Assembly: GCA_965263355.1 (NCBI GenBank)
Contig: CBDHHL010000034.1
Span: 1-64,000, forward strand
Direction: 5' to 3'
DNA: 64,000 bases
From: Leptolyngbyaceae cyanobacterium
GTDB taxonomy: Bacteria; Cyanobacteriota; Cyanobacteriia; Phormidesmidales; Phormidesmidaceae
Shown in pieces: positions 51,278 to 59,922 of this stretch. Both the position numbers and the translations under genes were made by a program. Position 1 is the stretch's first letter. Every line of letters starts with the position of its first letter. The notes under the pieces are model-generated. The model was not told the DNA's origin, did not search any database, and saw nothing but the letters and a program-made list of their open reading frames with translations.

Positions 51278-51691
51278 CTACGCAGTAAATCCGATAGCTA
51301 CTTTCCTGGACTGCACCATACTCATAAATAAACCCCACCAATAGGTCGGGGTTTGTCCCTCAGAGAGCCACCCTCCTGTAGCCTCTTGAGAAACCTGAGA
51401 GAAGCCAAGTGATTGGCTCCCCTGGCTAGCGCTAATACTGGTTATCTGGCCAGGGATTATGCCTTTCGCTTCTCCGTCCAAAATGCCTGATTGCTTGAGT
51501 AGAGTTAGCCGATGCGCTGTTAGATATTTGATGGCAAGATCTCGACGATTGCAGTCTGTGCAAAGGGTAGCGAACCGACTTTTGGGAAGCAGGCAAGATA
51601 CCTCGTCAATAATTTGTTCCACCGCATCTTGATTACAATCTAACTGCGCGGCGATAATTATTGGGTCAGCTGCAAAGGTCGCATAGTCCAT
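51278..51691 (-). CDS. Head-tail adaptor (DUF4054-like)
   Basis: YLTAH.L, G.ITS.S.G..S.F, T.WG/WWG.F pattern. Confidence 0.75.
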   Translation of the reverse strand: MDYATFAADPIIIAAQLDCNQDAVEQIIDEVSCLLPKSRFATLCTDCNRRDLAIKYLTAHRLTLLKQSGILDGEAKGIIPGQITSISASQGSQSLGFSQVSQEATGGWLSEGQTPTYWWGLFMSMVQSRKVAIGFTA

Positions 51692-52323
51692 CAGTAGCCT
51701 GTATTCAACGCGTTGATTCGTTCTTGAATAACCTGGGTTAATGCGTAATCGTTGGTGTCTTTGGCATATTGCTGCAATGCACCGATATCATCAACCTGGG
51801 CCATTAAACGCTTCAATTCTTGAGCGTCATAATCTTCGAAATTCCCAGTGAATTGCCGAGTCTCTTGAACTCGCTCATTGGGTTCAAAAACCAGGATCGC
51901 TCGTGATTGAAGTAGGCGGTTGATCTCATCAACCGCCTTTGGATTGTTGTCTTCAATCTCTGCTTGATATCGTTCTGCCGATACATGGGTTGCCTTGTCC
52001 CAAGCCTGAGCTTCAATCCAGTTAAGCCCTGGCGTTAGAATTAACTCTTTGAACACAGGCTGATGAGGGACATCGTCACCCAGAGCGACTAGTTTGTCGT
52101 GGGCTAATGTCCTTTTGGCTGTCTCTTTCGCTTTTGCTGTCGCGACGGCATCAACATAGCAAAACACATATTGCCGTACCATTTCATAGCCCTTTAGAGG
52201 AGCTTGGTCGCCAAGGCGATAATCAGCCTCAGGGTTCCAGACAACAACACGCTTGCCTTGATAGTCGGCAGCCTGCCTTGTCGCAGCCTTTGTTTTAGCC
52301 GTAGCCGTTTTAGTCTCAGACAT
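51691..52323 (-). CDS. Hypothetical protein after the major capsid gene
   Basis: 210-aa ORF with L.PGLN motif; position. Confidence 0.55.
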   Translation of the reverse strand: MSETKTATAKTKAATRQAADYQGKRVVVWNPEADYRLGDQAPLKGYEMVRQYVFCYVDAVATAKAKETAKRTLAHDKLVALGDDVPHQPVFKELILTPGLNWIEAQAWDKATHVSAERYQAEIEDNNPKAVDEINRLLQSRAILVFEPNERVQETRQFTGNFEDYDAQELKRLMAQVDDIGALQQYAKDTNDYALTQVIQERINALNTGY

Positions 52324-53357
52324 TAGTTAAGGTCGTAAACGTCGTAAAACAATACATGGTCGTAGGGCCGCCCCAAATGAGCCCCGCTGATTGCGCAATG
52401 GAAGTCAGTGCGCCAAGCGCCATTGGTATAAACAGGATCAGTCACCTGCCTCATCCTTTTAGGAACACAGCCTTGCAGCCGCGCAGGATCAAGGCGATAG
52501 AAGTGAATTGCGGTAGTGCTTCCAGGGCCAGCAGTGTCCATTTCAGGAGTAGAGTCCATATTCATTCGCACCCCTTGAGCGCTCTCTAGGAAGTACTTAA
52601 GGGTGCTGATGCCAGCACTCGTGTTCTTCTCCTGTTGGCTCAAATCAATAGCTAATTGATCAGGAATTAGGCCGACATCTGGCTTGGAACGCTGCCCTGA
52701 GATGCGAGAAGCAATGCGAAGCATCGCCGCAAAAATAGCGATGTTGTTGTCTGCCGTTTGATTAATGCCCATTTTGTATGGGGCCTTAACCTTAGTAACT
52801 CCAGGGTGAGTATGCAGCCCGTAAACGCCTTGACGTGTGCTGCCAAACGCCATGATCCGGTTGATTAGCTCTTGATAGCTTTCCTGGGCTGCTCGCACTT
52901 TCTCGGAGACAGTATCGACAATCACCCCCATGCTGCGATGACGACGAGCAAAGTCAATGGCGTCTAGCTCGTCAACAGTAAACGTGATGTGAGCGTCGAA
53001 TGAAGCAGAGCCATAATCAACCTCATCCATCCCGATATCGATTGCAGCCTTGGAGACGTTACCATCACTAGATCGGCTCCATTTACCAATCCGCGTGATA
53101 CGGGTCTTTTTGATTTGTTGAACGCCTACATACTCCCGAGAGTCAAGCGGGACAAGCCCAGCTGCATATTTGTACTCTGGATACTCTTCTCGAATTAACT
53201 CAGGAGAATAATGGGTGAGATATTCTTGCAAGTGGCCTGCTGAGATTGCATCTAGTCGAGCGCCAGATACGACAGGCATTGCATTTTCGCTGTCCAGCCG
53301 CTGTAATTCGGCTGCAACAGCAATTGCATATTGTGCTGTGTCTTGATAATTAATCAC
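52323..53357 (-). CDS. Major capsid protein (DUF2184/HK97-fold-like)
   Basis: ~345 aa, likely GTG start; FG....GVYGL.THP, L..AG.G motifs; follows protease and decoration genes. Confidence 0.8.
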   Translation of the reverse strand: MINYQDTAQYAIAVAAELQRLDSENAMPVVSGARLDAISAGHLQEYLTHYSPELIREEYPEYKYAAGLVPLDSREYVGVQQIKKTRITRIGKWSRSSDGNVSKAAIDIGMDEVDYGSASFDAHITFTVDELDAIDFARRHRSMGVIVDTVSEKVRAAQESYQELINRIMAFGSTRQGVYGLHTHPGVTKVKAPYKMGINQTADNNIAIFAAMLRIASRISGQRSKPDVGLIPDQLAIDLSQQEKNTSAGISTLKYFLESAQGVRMNMDSTPEMDTAGPGSTTAIHFYRLDPARLQGCVPKRMRQVTDPVYTNGAWRTDFHCAISGAHLGRPYDHVLFYDVYDLN

Positions 53358-53376
53358 GATTTTCAGAACCTCCGAA

Positions 53377-54261
53377 TTAAGGCAGATTGACAGTGAGTGG
53401 AACAACTAAGCTGCCATCCTGCAGTGTGACGGATGGTCCATCTACAGCAACAGCGGTTGATAATGCGTCTAGTCCAGTGCCAGTCGCAGGCGCAACATAG
53501 CCAAGGGCAGTTAATGCACCATTCGCGGTATGACGGAAATAAACGGTCGCTTCCGTCCCTGCAAATGCAGCTTCAGCACGGGCAACGATAGAGCCTTGCT
53601 TCATAGCAGAGCCATCAGTGCCAGGGAATACTCCGTCTTGGGATACGCCTAATGCTTGTGCTTCTTCATAGCTATATCGACTCCGACCGTTACCTCGTCG
53701 GCTAACGCCTAGAACCCGCTGGCCTGTTGCTGAAGGAAGAGCGCCCAGTTTCCCATCGTCATCAGCCCCAGAGTCGACAACAACAACTCCAAAGGGGATA
53801 TGACTGGATGAGTTCGCCGCTGTATTGGTCGTTACAGCGAACCCTGCCCCGCCACCTGAGACAGTGACTGTTTTATTGACGCTGTATGGAACGGCTGTCA
53901 GCGTAACTTGGTCACTTCCGGTAGCAGCTACCGTGAAATCTGTTTGATTTTGCTGGAGCTTACTAACAATTAGGTTCTGTAAGATTGCATCGCTAATAGC
54001 AGTGCCAGGGTTGACCTCATTAAATGGATCGCCATCAGCTACGACGTAATTGACCGTAATAGTCTTGCCGCCGATATTAAACACATAGTCAGTGCTAGCG
54101 GTGGCCGTGCCATTGTCGATCAATACCGTCTGTTGAGTAGATGCCCCAGCGTTGAGGAATGCTACAGATAGCTGATCATTAAGCGCTTGCCCAGGTGCGT
54201 ATTGATCAGGGGCAACGACGGACCTTTGAGTATTAAGTGCGTTGTATTCGGAATAAACCAT
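53377..54261 (-). CDS. Head decoration/cement protein
   Basis: IPFG.VVV...LP......LGV motif; lies between DUF2213-like gene and capsid. Confidence 0.7.
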   Translation of the reverse strand: MVYSEYNALNTQRSVVAPDQYAPGQALNDQLSVAFLNAGASTQQTVLIDNGTATASTDYVFNIGGKTITVNYVVADGDPFNEVNPGTAISDAILQNLIVSKLQQNQTDFTVAATGSDQVTLTAVPYSVNKTVTVSGGGAGFAVTTNTAANSSSHIPFGVVVVDSGADDDGKLGALPSATGQRVLGVSRRGNGRSRYSYEEAQALGVSQDGVFPGTDGSAMKQGSIVARAEAAFAGTEATVYFRHTANGALTALGYVAPATGTGLDALSTAVAVDGPSVTLQDGSLVVPLTVNLP

Positions 54262-54264
54262 AGT

Positions 54265-55812
54265 TTACTTGCTCCCAGAACGGCGAACAGCTTTAGATAG
54301 AGCGAAAAGAGATTCAGACGGCTTTTTGATCATGCTGGTGTTGGTTCGGCGGTTCCCATTTGGGCCAGCGTTGCTGTGGACCATGCCCATGTCCAGATGG
54401 AGCGCCTTGTCTAGCTGGGTTGATGAATCAACTCGCTTATGTCGATTGGCAACAACACTGAATGCGCCAGAGATAGATTCAGCTGAGTCTGTTTTTAACT
54501 CCAGCCCTGGCTCTGTATGCTTGATGGCCTCTAACTGCAGCTCATGCAGCGTCTGTCCATCCAATTTGTATCCTGGGGGGAGCAAGTGACCGTAGCTGAC
54601 AATAAACTCTTTCCCTTCTAGTGCAAGCAAAGCTGCTGCTGGGTCTGCAGCGTCTAGCTTTTCGAGCAGTGCTTTGACATCGCCATCATCAAAACGACTG
54701 TCGTCGTTGCTGCTGTCTTCATGGTCCAGTGCGTCCACTCTGCCTTGCAAAGTGTCGATAGCCTCGACGACATCAGCTACAGTATCTGCGCTGTCAAACC
54801 TGCCAACAAGAACATTGAGGTTATAGAGAGCGTCCGTTAATGTATCTGCATCACAACGGGCCAGTACGGCTGAAATCTGCTCAGCTGCGTCCTTGCGCAT
54901 TTTCTTAGCAGCATAATCACCGTCTTCATACTCGTTGTCATCTTCGTCGTCATCCCCCATGAAATCGTCATTCATAGAAGAAGGTTTTTTGCCTTTATGC
55001 TTTTTCTTGCCCATGTCTTTCTTGTATTCAGCCATGTCTGAACGCTCAGCATTCAAGGCTTCATACATGGCCGAATCAACATGAAATGGCTTCCCGTTGA
55101 TGTCAATTTGGAATGTTTCAGGCATTGCTGGTTTTGCAATGTCGCTGATCGCCACAGTCGCGGCGGTATTGGTGCCCATAGAATCGCTCCTGGGAGAGTC
55201 AACAACATCCGAGCTAGGCTCGAATTCTTCAAAATACGCAACCGCTATATCTGTTGTGTCATCGGTGCGTTCAAAACTTTGTATTAGTGCGCCTTTCGCA
55301 CGAGGCTTGGCCACAATAGCCAGATGATCCGCCTCAAATGGCGCGCACTGTTCAGCATCGTAGCGTTCACCCTTGTAAGTGCCAGCATTTTGGGAAATAT
55401 TGCAAAGATATCCAAGGCTGACCCCTTGCTTCTCTCCAGACTCAATGGCATTGATAGCGTCTTCTCGCTCAACCTCCATCTCCACCTGGATTCGTCCGTC
55501 CTTATATACCTTCACTTTGGGGCTAGTCTTGCCTACGCTGTATTGTTTGGTTTTACTGTCGTCCTTACGGAGTAGAGAGGGAGGGTGCTCAAGAGTGACG
55601 GGAAGGTCCGCTAGCTGGCCTGCGATGGGGAATCCCGACTGGTCAGGAGAGCGAAGAAAGTCGGCTGTCACTAACTCACGTCGAGGACCGTTGCTATCAA
55701 AGTAGGTTAGAATGCCGGGTGTACGGGCGATCGCGGTTACCTTGAGAGTGCCACTATCTAGCCGCTCAAATTGTTCAATATTTGCAATTGCTTCGATTAG
55801 CCGTACAGCCAC
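54265..55812 (-). CDS. DUF2213-like prohead protease/scaffold
   Basis: ARTPGIL.Y, PVTLEHP, G...VSLGY.C, G..YDA.Q, HLAIV..PRA. Confidence 0.88.
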   Translation of the reverse strand: MAVRLIEAIANIEQFERLDSGTLKVTAIARTPGILTYFDSNGPRRELVTADFLRSPDQSGFPIAGQLADLPVTLEHPPSLLRKDDSKTKQYSVGKTSPKVKVYKDGRIQVEMEVEREDAINAIESGEKQGVSLGYLCNISQNAGTYKGERYDAEQCAPFEADHLAIVAKPRAKGALIQSFERTDDTTDIAVAYFEEFEPSSDVVDSPRSDSMGTNTAATVAISDIAKPAMPETFQIDINGKPFHVDSAMYEALNAERSDMAEYKKDMGKKKHKGKKPSSMNDDFMGDDDEDDNEYEDGDYAAKKMRKDAAEQISAVLARCDADTLTDALYNLNVLVGRFDSADTVADVVEAIDTLQGRVDALDHEDSSNDDSRFDDGDVKALLEKLDAADPAAALLALEGKEFIVSYGHLLPPGYKLDGQTLHELQLEAIKHTEPGLELKTDSAESISGAFSVVANRHKRVDSSTQLDKALHLDMGMVHSNAGPNGNRRTNTSMIKKPSESLFALSKAVRRSGSK

Positions 55813-55848
55813 AGTTCCTGAGAGATTGTTACTGCCGTTAGCCTAGCC

Positions 55849-56100
55849 ATGGAAGCCCCTATACATCAATTAATGTCGGGTATTCCGACATCTGATAATT
55901 CAATCGATCAGAGAATGGGTAAAAAAATTGAGCAATTGAGGAAAAGAGTAAGGCTCACCCAGGGGGAATTAGGTAGGGCGGTTCATCTGAGTCGGCCTCA
56001 GGTGAGTGCAGTGGAATCAGGGAATCGTGGGCTGTATGCAAGAGAACTTGTGCTTTGGTCCAAGGTTTTGCGTTGTTCGATCAATGATTTTTTTGTTTAA
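55849..56100 (+). CDS. XRE-family HTH regulator (start uncertain)
   Basis: G.KI..LR....LTQ.ELG....LSRPQVSAVESG.R. Confidence 0.9.
   Translation: MEAPIHQLMSGIPTSDNSIDQRMGKKIEQLRKRVRLTQGELGRAVHLSRPQVSAVESGNRGLYARELVLWSKVLRCSINDFFV
55873..55891. promoter_or_regulatory. Palindromic operator A
   Basis: ATGTCGG-GTATT-CCGACAT upstream of the head operon. Confidence 0.7.
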
Positions 56101-56762
56101 CCCCGAGAACTTTTCCAGCCATTCTTTAGTTCGCCAGTACTGATAAACGATTCCATGTCAGCAAATGCTCGCTCAGCATCTTCTATACTAAGAATACTGG
56201 GGTCTTTCTCTATGGCAAGTTGCGCTACGTAGGCTGCGATTCGATCATTCTCAGGAATGTTCAGTTCTTTAAGTGAGTAAAGAACTCTGTCAATCCTATC
56301 CAGGCTTAAATTATGCCAAGCCCATAAGCTTGTATCTGGCCCAAATGAGGTTAAGAGACTAGCCAGCTGGTCGTCAGCTGCATTGCCAGACGTTGGGAAA
56401 GGAAGATGCTGCGCGGTGACGGGTTCACCTGGTTTTGCTTCAAGTCGTTTTAGCTTGGGTTCGAATTTGTGATACTCAGCTATCAGGCTTTGTCCAGATC
56501 TTGAGCGAAAAAATAACTCTTCAAATGCGATTAGATCTTTCCTGAGTAGGTCAATAGAGATCTCTAGCCCTGCCTCCGAGGGGATGATCGCCAAAACCTT
56601 ACCCACCAATTGAGAGTAAGGCTGCTCAAGCATTGCCCTGGTATCGTGCCCATGGGTCAGCCATTTAACCTCAAGCTCTCTCAGTAGAACGTCAAGGATT
56701 TCTATTTGACAGGCTGAGGCTTTACCCAGCCAGCAATATTGATCAGCAATAGTGATTAACAA
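56097..56762 (-). CDS. Putative tail assembly chaperone
   Basis: Directly follows the putative tail tube gene; position only. Confidence 0.4.
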   Translation of the reverse strand: MLITIADQYCWLGKASACQIEILDVLLRELEVKWLTHGHDTRAMLEQPYSQLVGKVLAIIPSEAGLEISIDLLRKDLIAFEELFFRSRSGQSLIAEYHKFEPKLKRLEAKPGEPVTAQHLPFPTSGNAADDQLASLLTSFGPDTSLWAWHNLSLDRIDRVLYSLKELNIPENDRIAAYVAQLAIEKDPSILSIEDAERAFADMESFISTGELKNGWKSSRG

Positions 56763-57550
56763 TCGTTAGTTAGCGCATATGAGCGATAGGTATAGTCGCC
56801 ATTAACAAAGAATTCAAATGTTTGGCTGTCTCCACCAAACGGAATAGACCCCGATGGATCAACTTGCACTTTTGGGAACACCCATTCAGTTACGGTTAAA
56901 TCAAGGTTGATCACCTTAACTCGTGCGGACAATTCACCGTAGCCAACAGCACCAGTTTCAGCGAAATCAACACCTGTGTAAGGGATCAGTAAGTTGATAT
57001 CGGCGTTCTGAAGGTCATCGGAGAACGTTAGCGCCCCATCTGCACCAATGGCAATAGTGGTTGTGTCAGTGGGGGCTGCTGTAGCTGCGATGGTGACAGC
57101 CTCACTTAGTCCGTATTCATTCTTGCCAAATGCAGAAACGCCAACTGTTGTGCTAACATCCCCCCCAGCTAGTCCATTACCAAACACTCCAGCAGAGTTT
57201 GCAGGCAATGAGTTCCCAACAGCAGGGAGCCGAAATTTCACTTTGTAATACTCTGTGTTTCCCCCGGTAACAACACCCATTGTTCGGTCAAGCTTCAACG
57301 AATTCATTAAGGGGGTGATAATGCCGTACTCTAGCTGTAGTTTTGGCTTCTCTTCTGACTTAAAGATGGCTGCTCGAACTTGCTCACCTCGGCAGTTGGA
57401 TTCTGACAATTCTGCAATATTGATGCCGGTATCCAATGTCCCAGTTGCTGCGATTGGGGTCATCAGAATGTTGCCGGTTGAATTCTGTTTAATTGCAACC
57501 GTGGCCACCGACTTACGGGCCTTATCGGTTAAAGATTTTACAAGAGCCAT
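56756..57550 (-). CDS. Putative major tail tube protein
   Basis: 264 aa, beta-rich, W.FPKVQ..P.G...F C-terminus; position. Confidence 0.55.
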   Translation of the reverse strand: MALVKSLTDKARKSVATVAIKQNSTGNILMTPIAATGTLDTGINIAELSESNCRGEQVRAAIFKSEEKPKLQLEYGIITPLMNSLKLDRTMGVVTGGNTEYYKVKFRLPAVGNSLPANSAGVFGNGLAGGDVSTTVGVSAFGKNEYGLSEAVTIAATAAPTDTTTIAIGADGALTFSDDLQNADINLLIPYTGVDFAETGAVGYGELSARVKVINLDLTVTEWVFPKVQVDPSGSIPFGGDSQTFEFFVNGDYTYRSYALTNDC

Positions 57551-57611
57551 GTGCGTAAAGACGGGTCAGGACGCCTCTACGCTAGGCTAGCCATGCTGTA
57601 AATATCAATAA

Positions 57612-57630
57612 ATGTCGGGGATTCCGACAT
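57612..57630. promoter_or_regulatory. Palindromic operator B
   Basis: ATGTCGG-GGATT-CCGACAT upstream of the tail tube gene; 18/19 identical to operator A. Confidence 0.7.
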
Positions 57631-57947
57631 TACGCAGGCTTGGTATTTTTCTTTGGGGCCGTGGGTACGACAGTCCCAATAAATGGTCTAGGCGCTGTTA
57701 CGTCTGGGCTTAGGCCAGAAATGTCCACGTTATCAGCGGTTGTATATTCTTGGGGGATAGAGGGGATGTACAACTTGTTGATAATCCTGAACGCCTGCCC
57801 GACTGGCTGCTGTTCGATGATTTGGCGAGCGACCAGGTGTCCGCTGACAACAAAGTCAATGCAAGGCATCCCATTTTGGATGGAGTACTCTTCTTGAATA
57901 TCAATCGTAACTTCAGTCGATGTTGATGCGGTAGTAGTTAGCTTCAT
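57630..57947 (-). CDS. Hypothetical protein
   Basis: 105-aa ORF co-oriented with the virion operon. Confidence 0.5.
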   Translation of the reverse strand: MKLTTTASTSTEVTIDIQEEYSIQNGMPCIDFVVSGHLVARQIIEQQPVGQAFRIINKLYIPSIPQEYTTADNVDISGLSPDVTAPRPFIGTVVPTAPKKNTKPA

Positions 57948-57960
57948 GGGTCCTGAATCG

Positions 57961-58395
57961 TCAAGAATACCAGTAGGTTAAGTCAAACTGGACAAAAATC
58001 ACCATATACCATTTGTGGTTGGAGGTGTTTTGCTTGGCAAAAGTGCTGCCCGAAACTTGGTCTATCTCGCTTACATGAACAACGCATTCAGCAGCCTTAT
58101 GTAGGAGCTTGCACAGTTCTTCTAAGTATGCTCCTGCTTCCAATGTGGCATTGATATTGCTAGTCATCTCGAACACTCTGCCTAACGCCACAGTTCGCGT
58201 CATCATGGCTTGATTACTAGTGTTGTCAGACTTAAAGTCACGCAGCCTGAACCCAGTAGATTGGCTAGTGCTGGCGCTATCAAAATTCCATGGTCTTACT
58301 TGCAGCCGACGGTAAATCCCCACAATCTCAGGGGCATTGTCCAGGTAAGTAATTAAGCCGTTGTCACTTGTTAGAATCTCGGCAATAGTGGCCAT
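57961..58395 (-). CDS. Putative tail terminator/completion protein
   Basis: 144 aa ending in a beta-strand (FDLTYWY); position. Confidence 0.45.
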   Translation of the reverse strand: MATIAEILTSDNGLITYLDNAPEIVGIYRRLQVRPWNFDSASTSQSTGFRLRDFKSDNTSNQAMMTRTVALGRVFEMTSNINATLEAGAYLEELCKLLHKAAECVVHVSEIDQVSGSTFAKQNTSNHKWYMVIFVQFDLTYWYS

Positions 58396-58628
58396 GTTGG
58401 TTCTCGCGCTAGCTGCTTAAATATTACTGCAGCCGACTACTTATACTCTCTTCACGCCACTGCGAAGCTCTCGTAAAGCCTACTGAGTCTTGCTTTAATC
58501 CCTGTATAAAGTAAGACTGAGTCAAGGTAGGTCTATGAAATTGCGTCATCGAGGAAGTGGGCGGTAGTCCCGAACGAGTCTTGCTTCCACTGAAGTATAG
58601 CTATACTGTCCTTATGAGATATCAAGCT

Positions 58629-59063
58629 ATGCTCAAATCTTTTTTGCCTGTTGCTTTAGTCCTTGGTGTTGGCACCCCTGCGATCGCTGACCCTTTCTGT
58701 TACATGATCACAGACCAGGGAGAGCTGATTAACCTGGAAAGCATATGCAGTTCCAGCGAACCACAGCCAACTATCGCAGCAAGTAGCGGCAAGCCACCAG
58801 CCAGGGAAGAAGATCCACCCTCAACCCAGCCTATTGCATCATTCCAGGTCGTCCGCATCGCCCAGGATGGAAAAGCAGTTGGGCGAGTTACATTCGCTAG
58901 AGCAGCAGAGGAAGGCGCTACAGTCAACGCCTACGTAGTGCATCAGGACGGCAGTAGGTGGGACGTTGGCACGGTCAGGCGCGAGCGTGGTCAGCGCAGA
59001 GTTGAGATAGAGTTTATGCTGCCTGCGGGGACCAATACTAGCGAGGTTGAGGGCGGGGTTTAG
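58629..59063 (+). CDS. Secreted moron-like protein, opposite to the virion operon
   Basis: Signal peptide (PAIA/D), CYM...G..INL..IC motif. Confidence 0.65.
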   Translation: MLKSFLPVALVLGVGTPAIADPFCYMITDQGELINLESICSSSEPQPTIAASSGKPPAREEDPPSTQPIASFQVVRIAQDGKAVGRVTFARAAEEGATVNAYVVHQDGSRWDVGTVRRERGQRRVEIEFMLPAGTNTSEVEGGV

Positions 59064-59503
59064 AACCAGATCTTCTTAAGCAACGAAAATATAGCAAGTT
59101 CAACGACGTCGGCGTAGCCCTCATCGTCAAAAAAGCTAGGATATTGTGATTCTCCAGACTCAAACTTTCTAGTCAATAACGTCTCTTGGTAGCTTGCATA
59201 CGCCTGGTCGCTACCAATGGCTAGACTTTTGCCGTCTATCACTGGCTCAACTAAATCGGCTACCATCCTGCCTGTATCCAGAGCATAGCCAGGGTCACTT
59301 CCTACGCCTGCTCTACTCTGCCCTGAGGGCTTCAGTCTGCCGCTATAGTTGGCGCTGTACTCTGTGGTGCGACTGATGGCATCGTAACGCACAGCTGAGG
59401 CGTCGCTAATATCAGGTAAGGCATCCTGCAAAGCCTGAGTGATCCAAGCGTCGGTGGCGATGGTGCGGAGGTCTGAGATGGTGGGATTAAGGTTGGTGAT
59501 CAT
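59060..59503 (-). CDS. Putative neck/virion morphogenesis protein
   Basis: LDTGRM...IGS...YA.YQ motif. Confidence 0.6.
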   Translation of the reverse strand: MITNLNPTISDLRTIATDAWITQALQDALPDISDASAVRYDAISRTTEYSANYSGRLKPSGQSRAGVGSDPGYALDTGRMVADLVEPVIDGKSLAIGSDQAYASYQETLLTRKFESGESQYPSFFDDEGYADVVELAIFSLLKKIWF

Positions 59504-59922
59504 GATACGTATGGAGCTTCAAAGCCTAGGGTGTTGTCCTCGTTCACATCAGCCTTAAAAACCAATTTTACTCGGTCTCCAGCGTCTGCGTTGCTGTACT
59601 GGGGCTGCCCAAAGGTTCGATATAACCTCCAGCCATTCCCGTCATTGATTTGCCATAGCTGATCAGGGCCGATCTTCGTTTGCCAGTTGGAACCCAGGCA
59701 TTTTTTTAGAGTTTGCTGAGGGATTGACGACTCCCATGTGTCTAGCAATTCCGTATCTTCTAGCTGGAACCTAATATCAGTGCTCCCTACTTGCCCTAGG
59801 TGACTGAGCAGTGGCGATGGCCTAACCTCTTGTCCCTGGACTGTTCTCAGTCGAGTATTGCGCAGCCCAGCAGACTGGCAGAGGCTGTCGAAGTAGGGGC
59901 CGGTTAGATACTGGAAGTTCAT
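59500..59922 (-). CDS. Putative head closure protein
   Basis: 140 aa, ATGA-coupled; position. Confidence 0.4.
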   Translation of the reverse strand: MNFQYLTGPYFDSLCQSAGLRNTRLRTVQGQEVRPSPLLSHLGQVGSTDIRFQLEDTELLDTWESSIPQQTLKKCLGSNWQTKIGPDQLWQINDGNGWRLYRTFGQPQYSNADAGDRVKLVFKADVNEDNTLGFEAPYVS

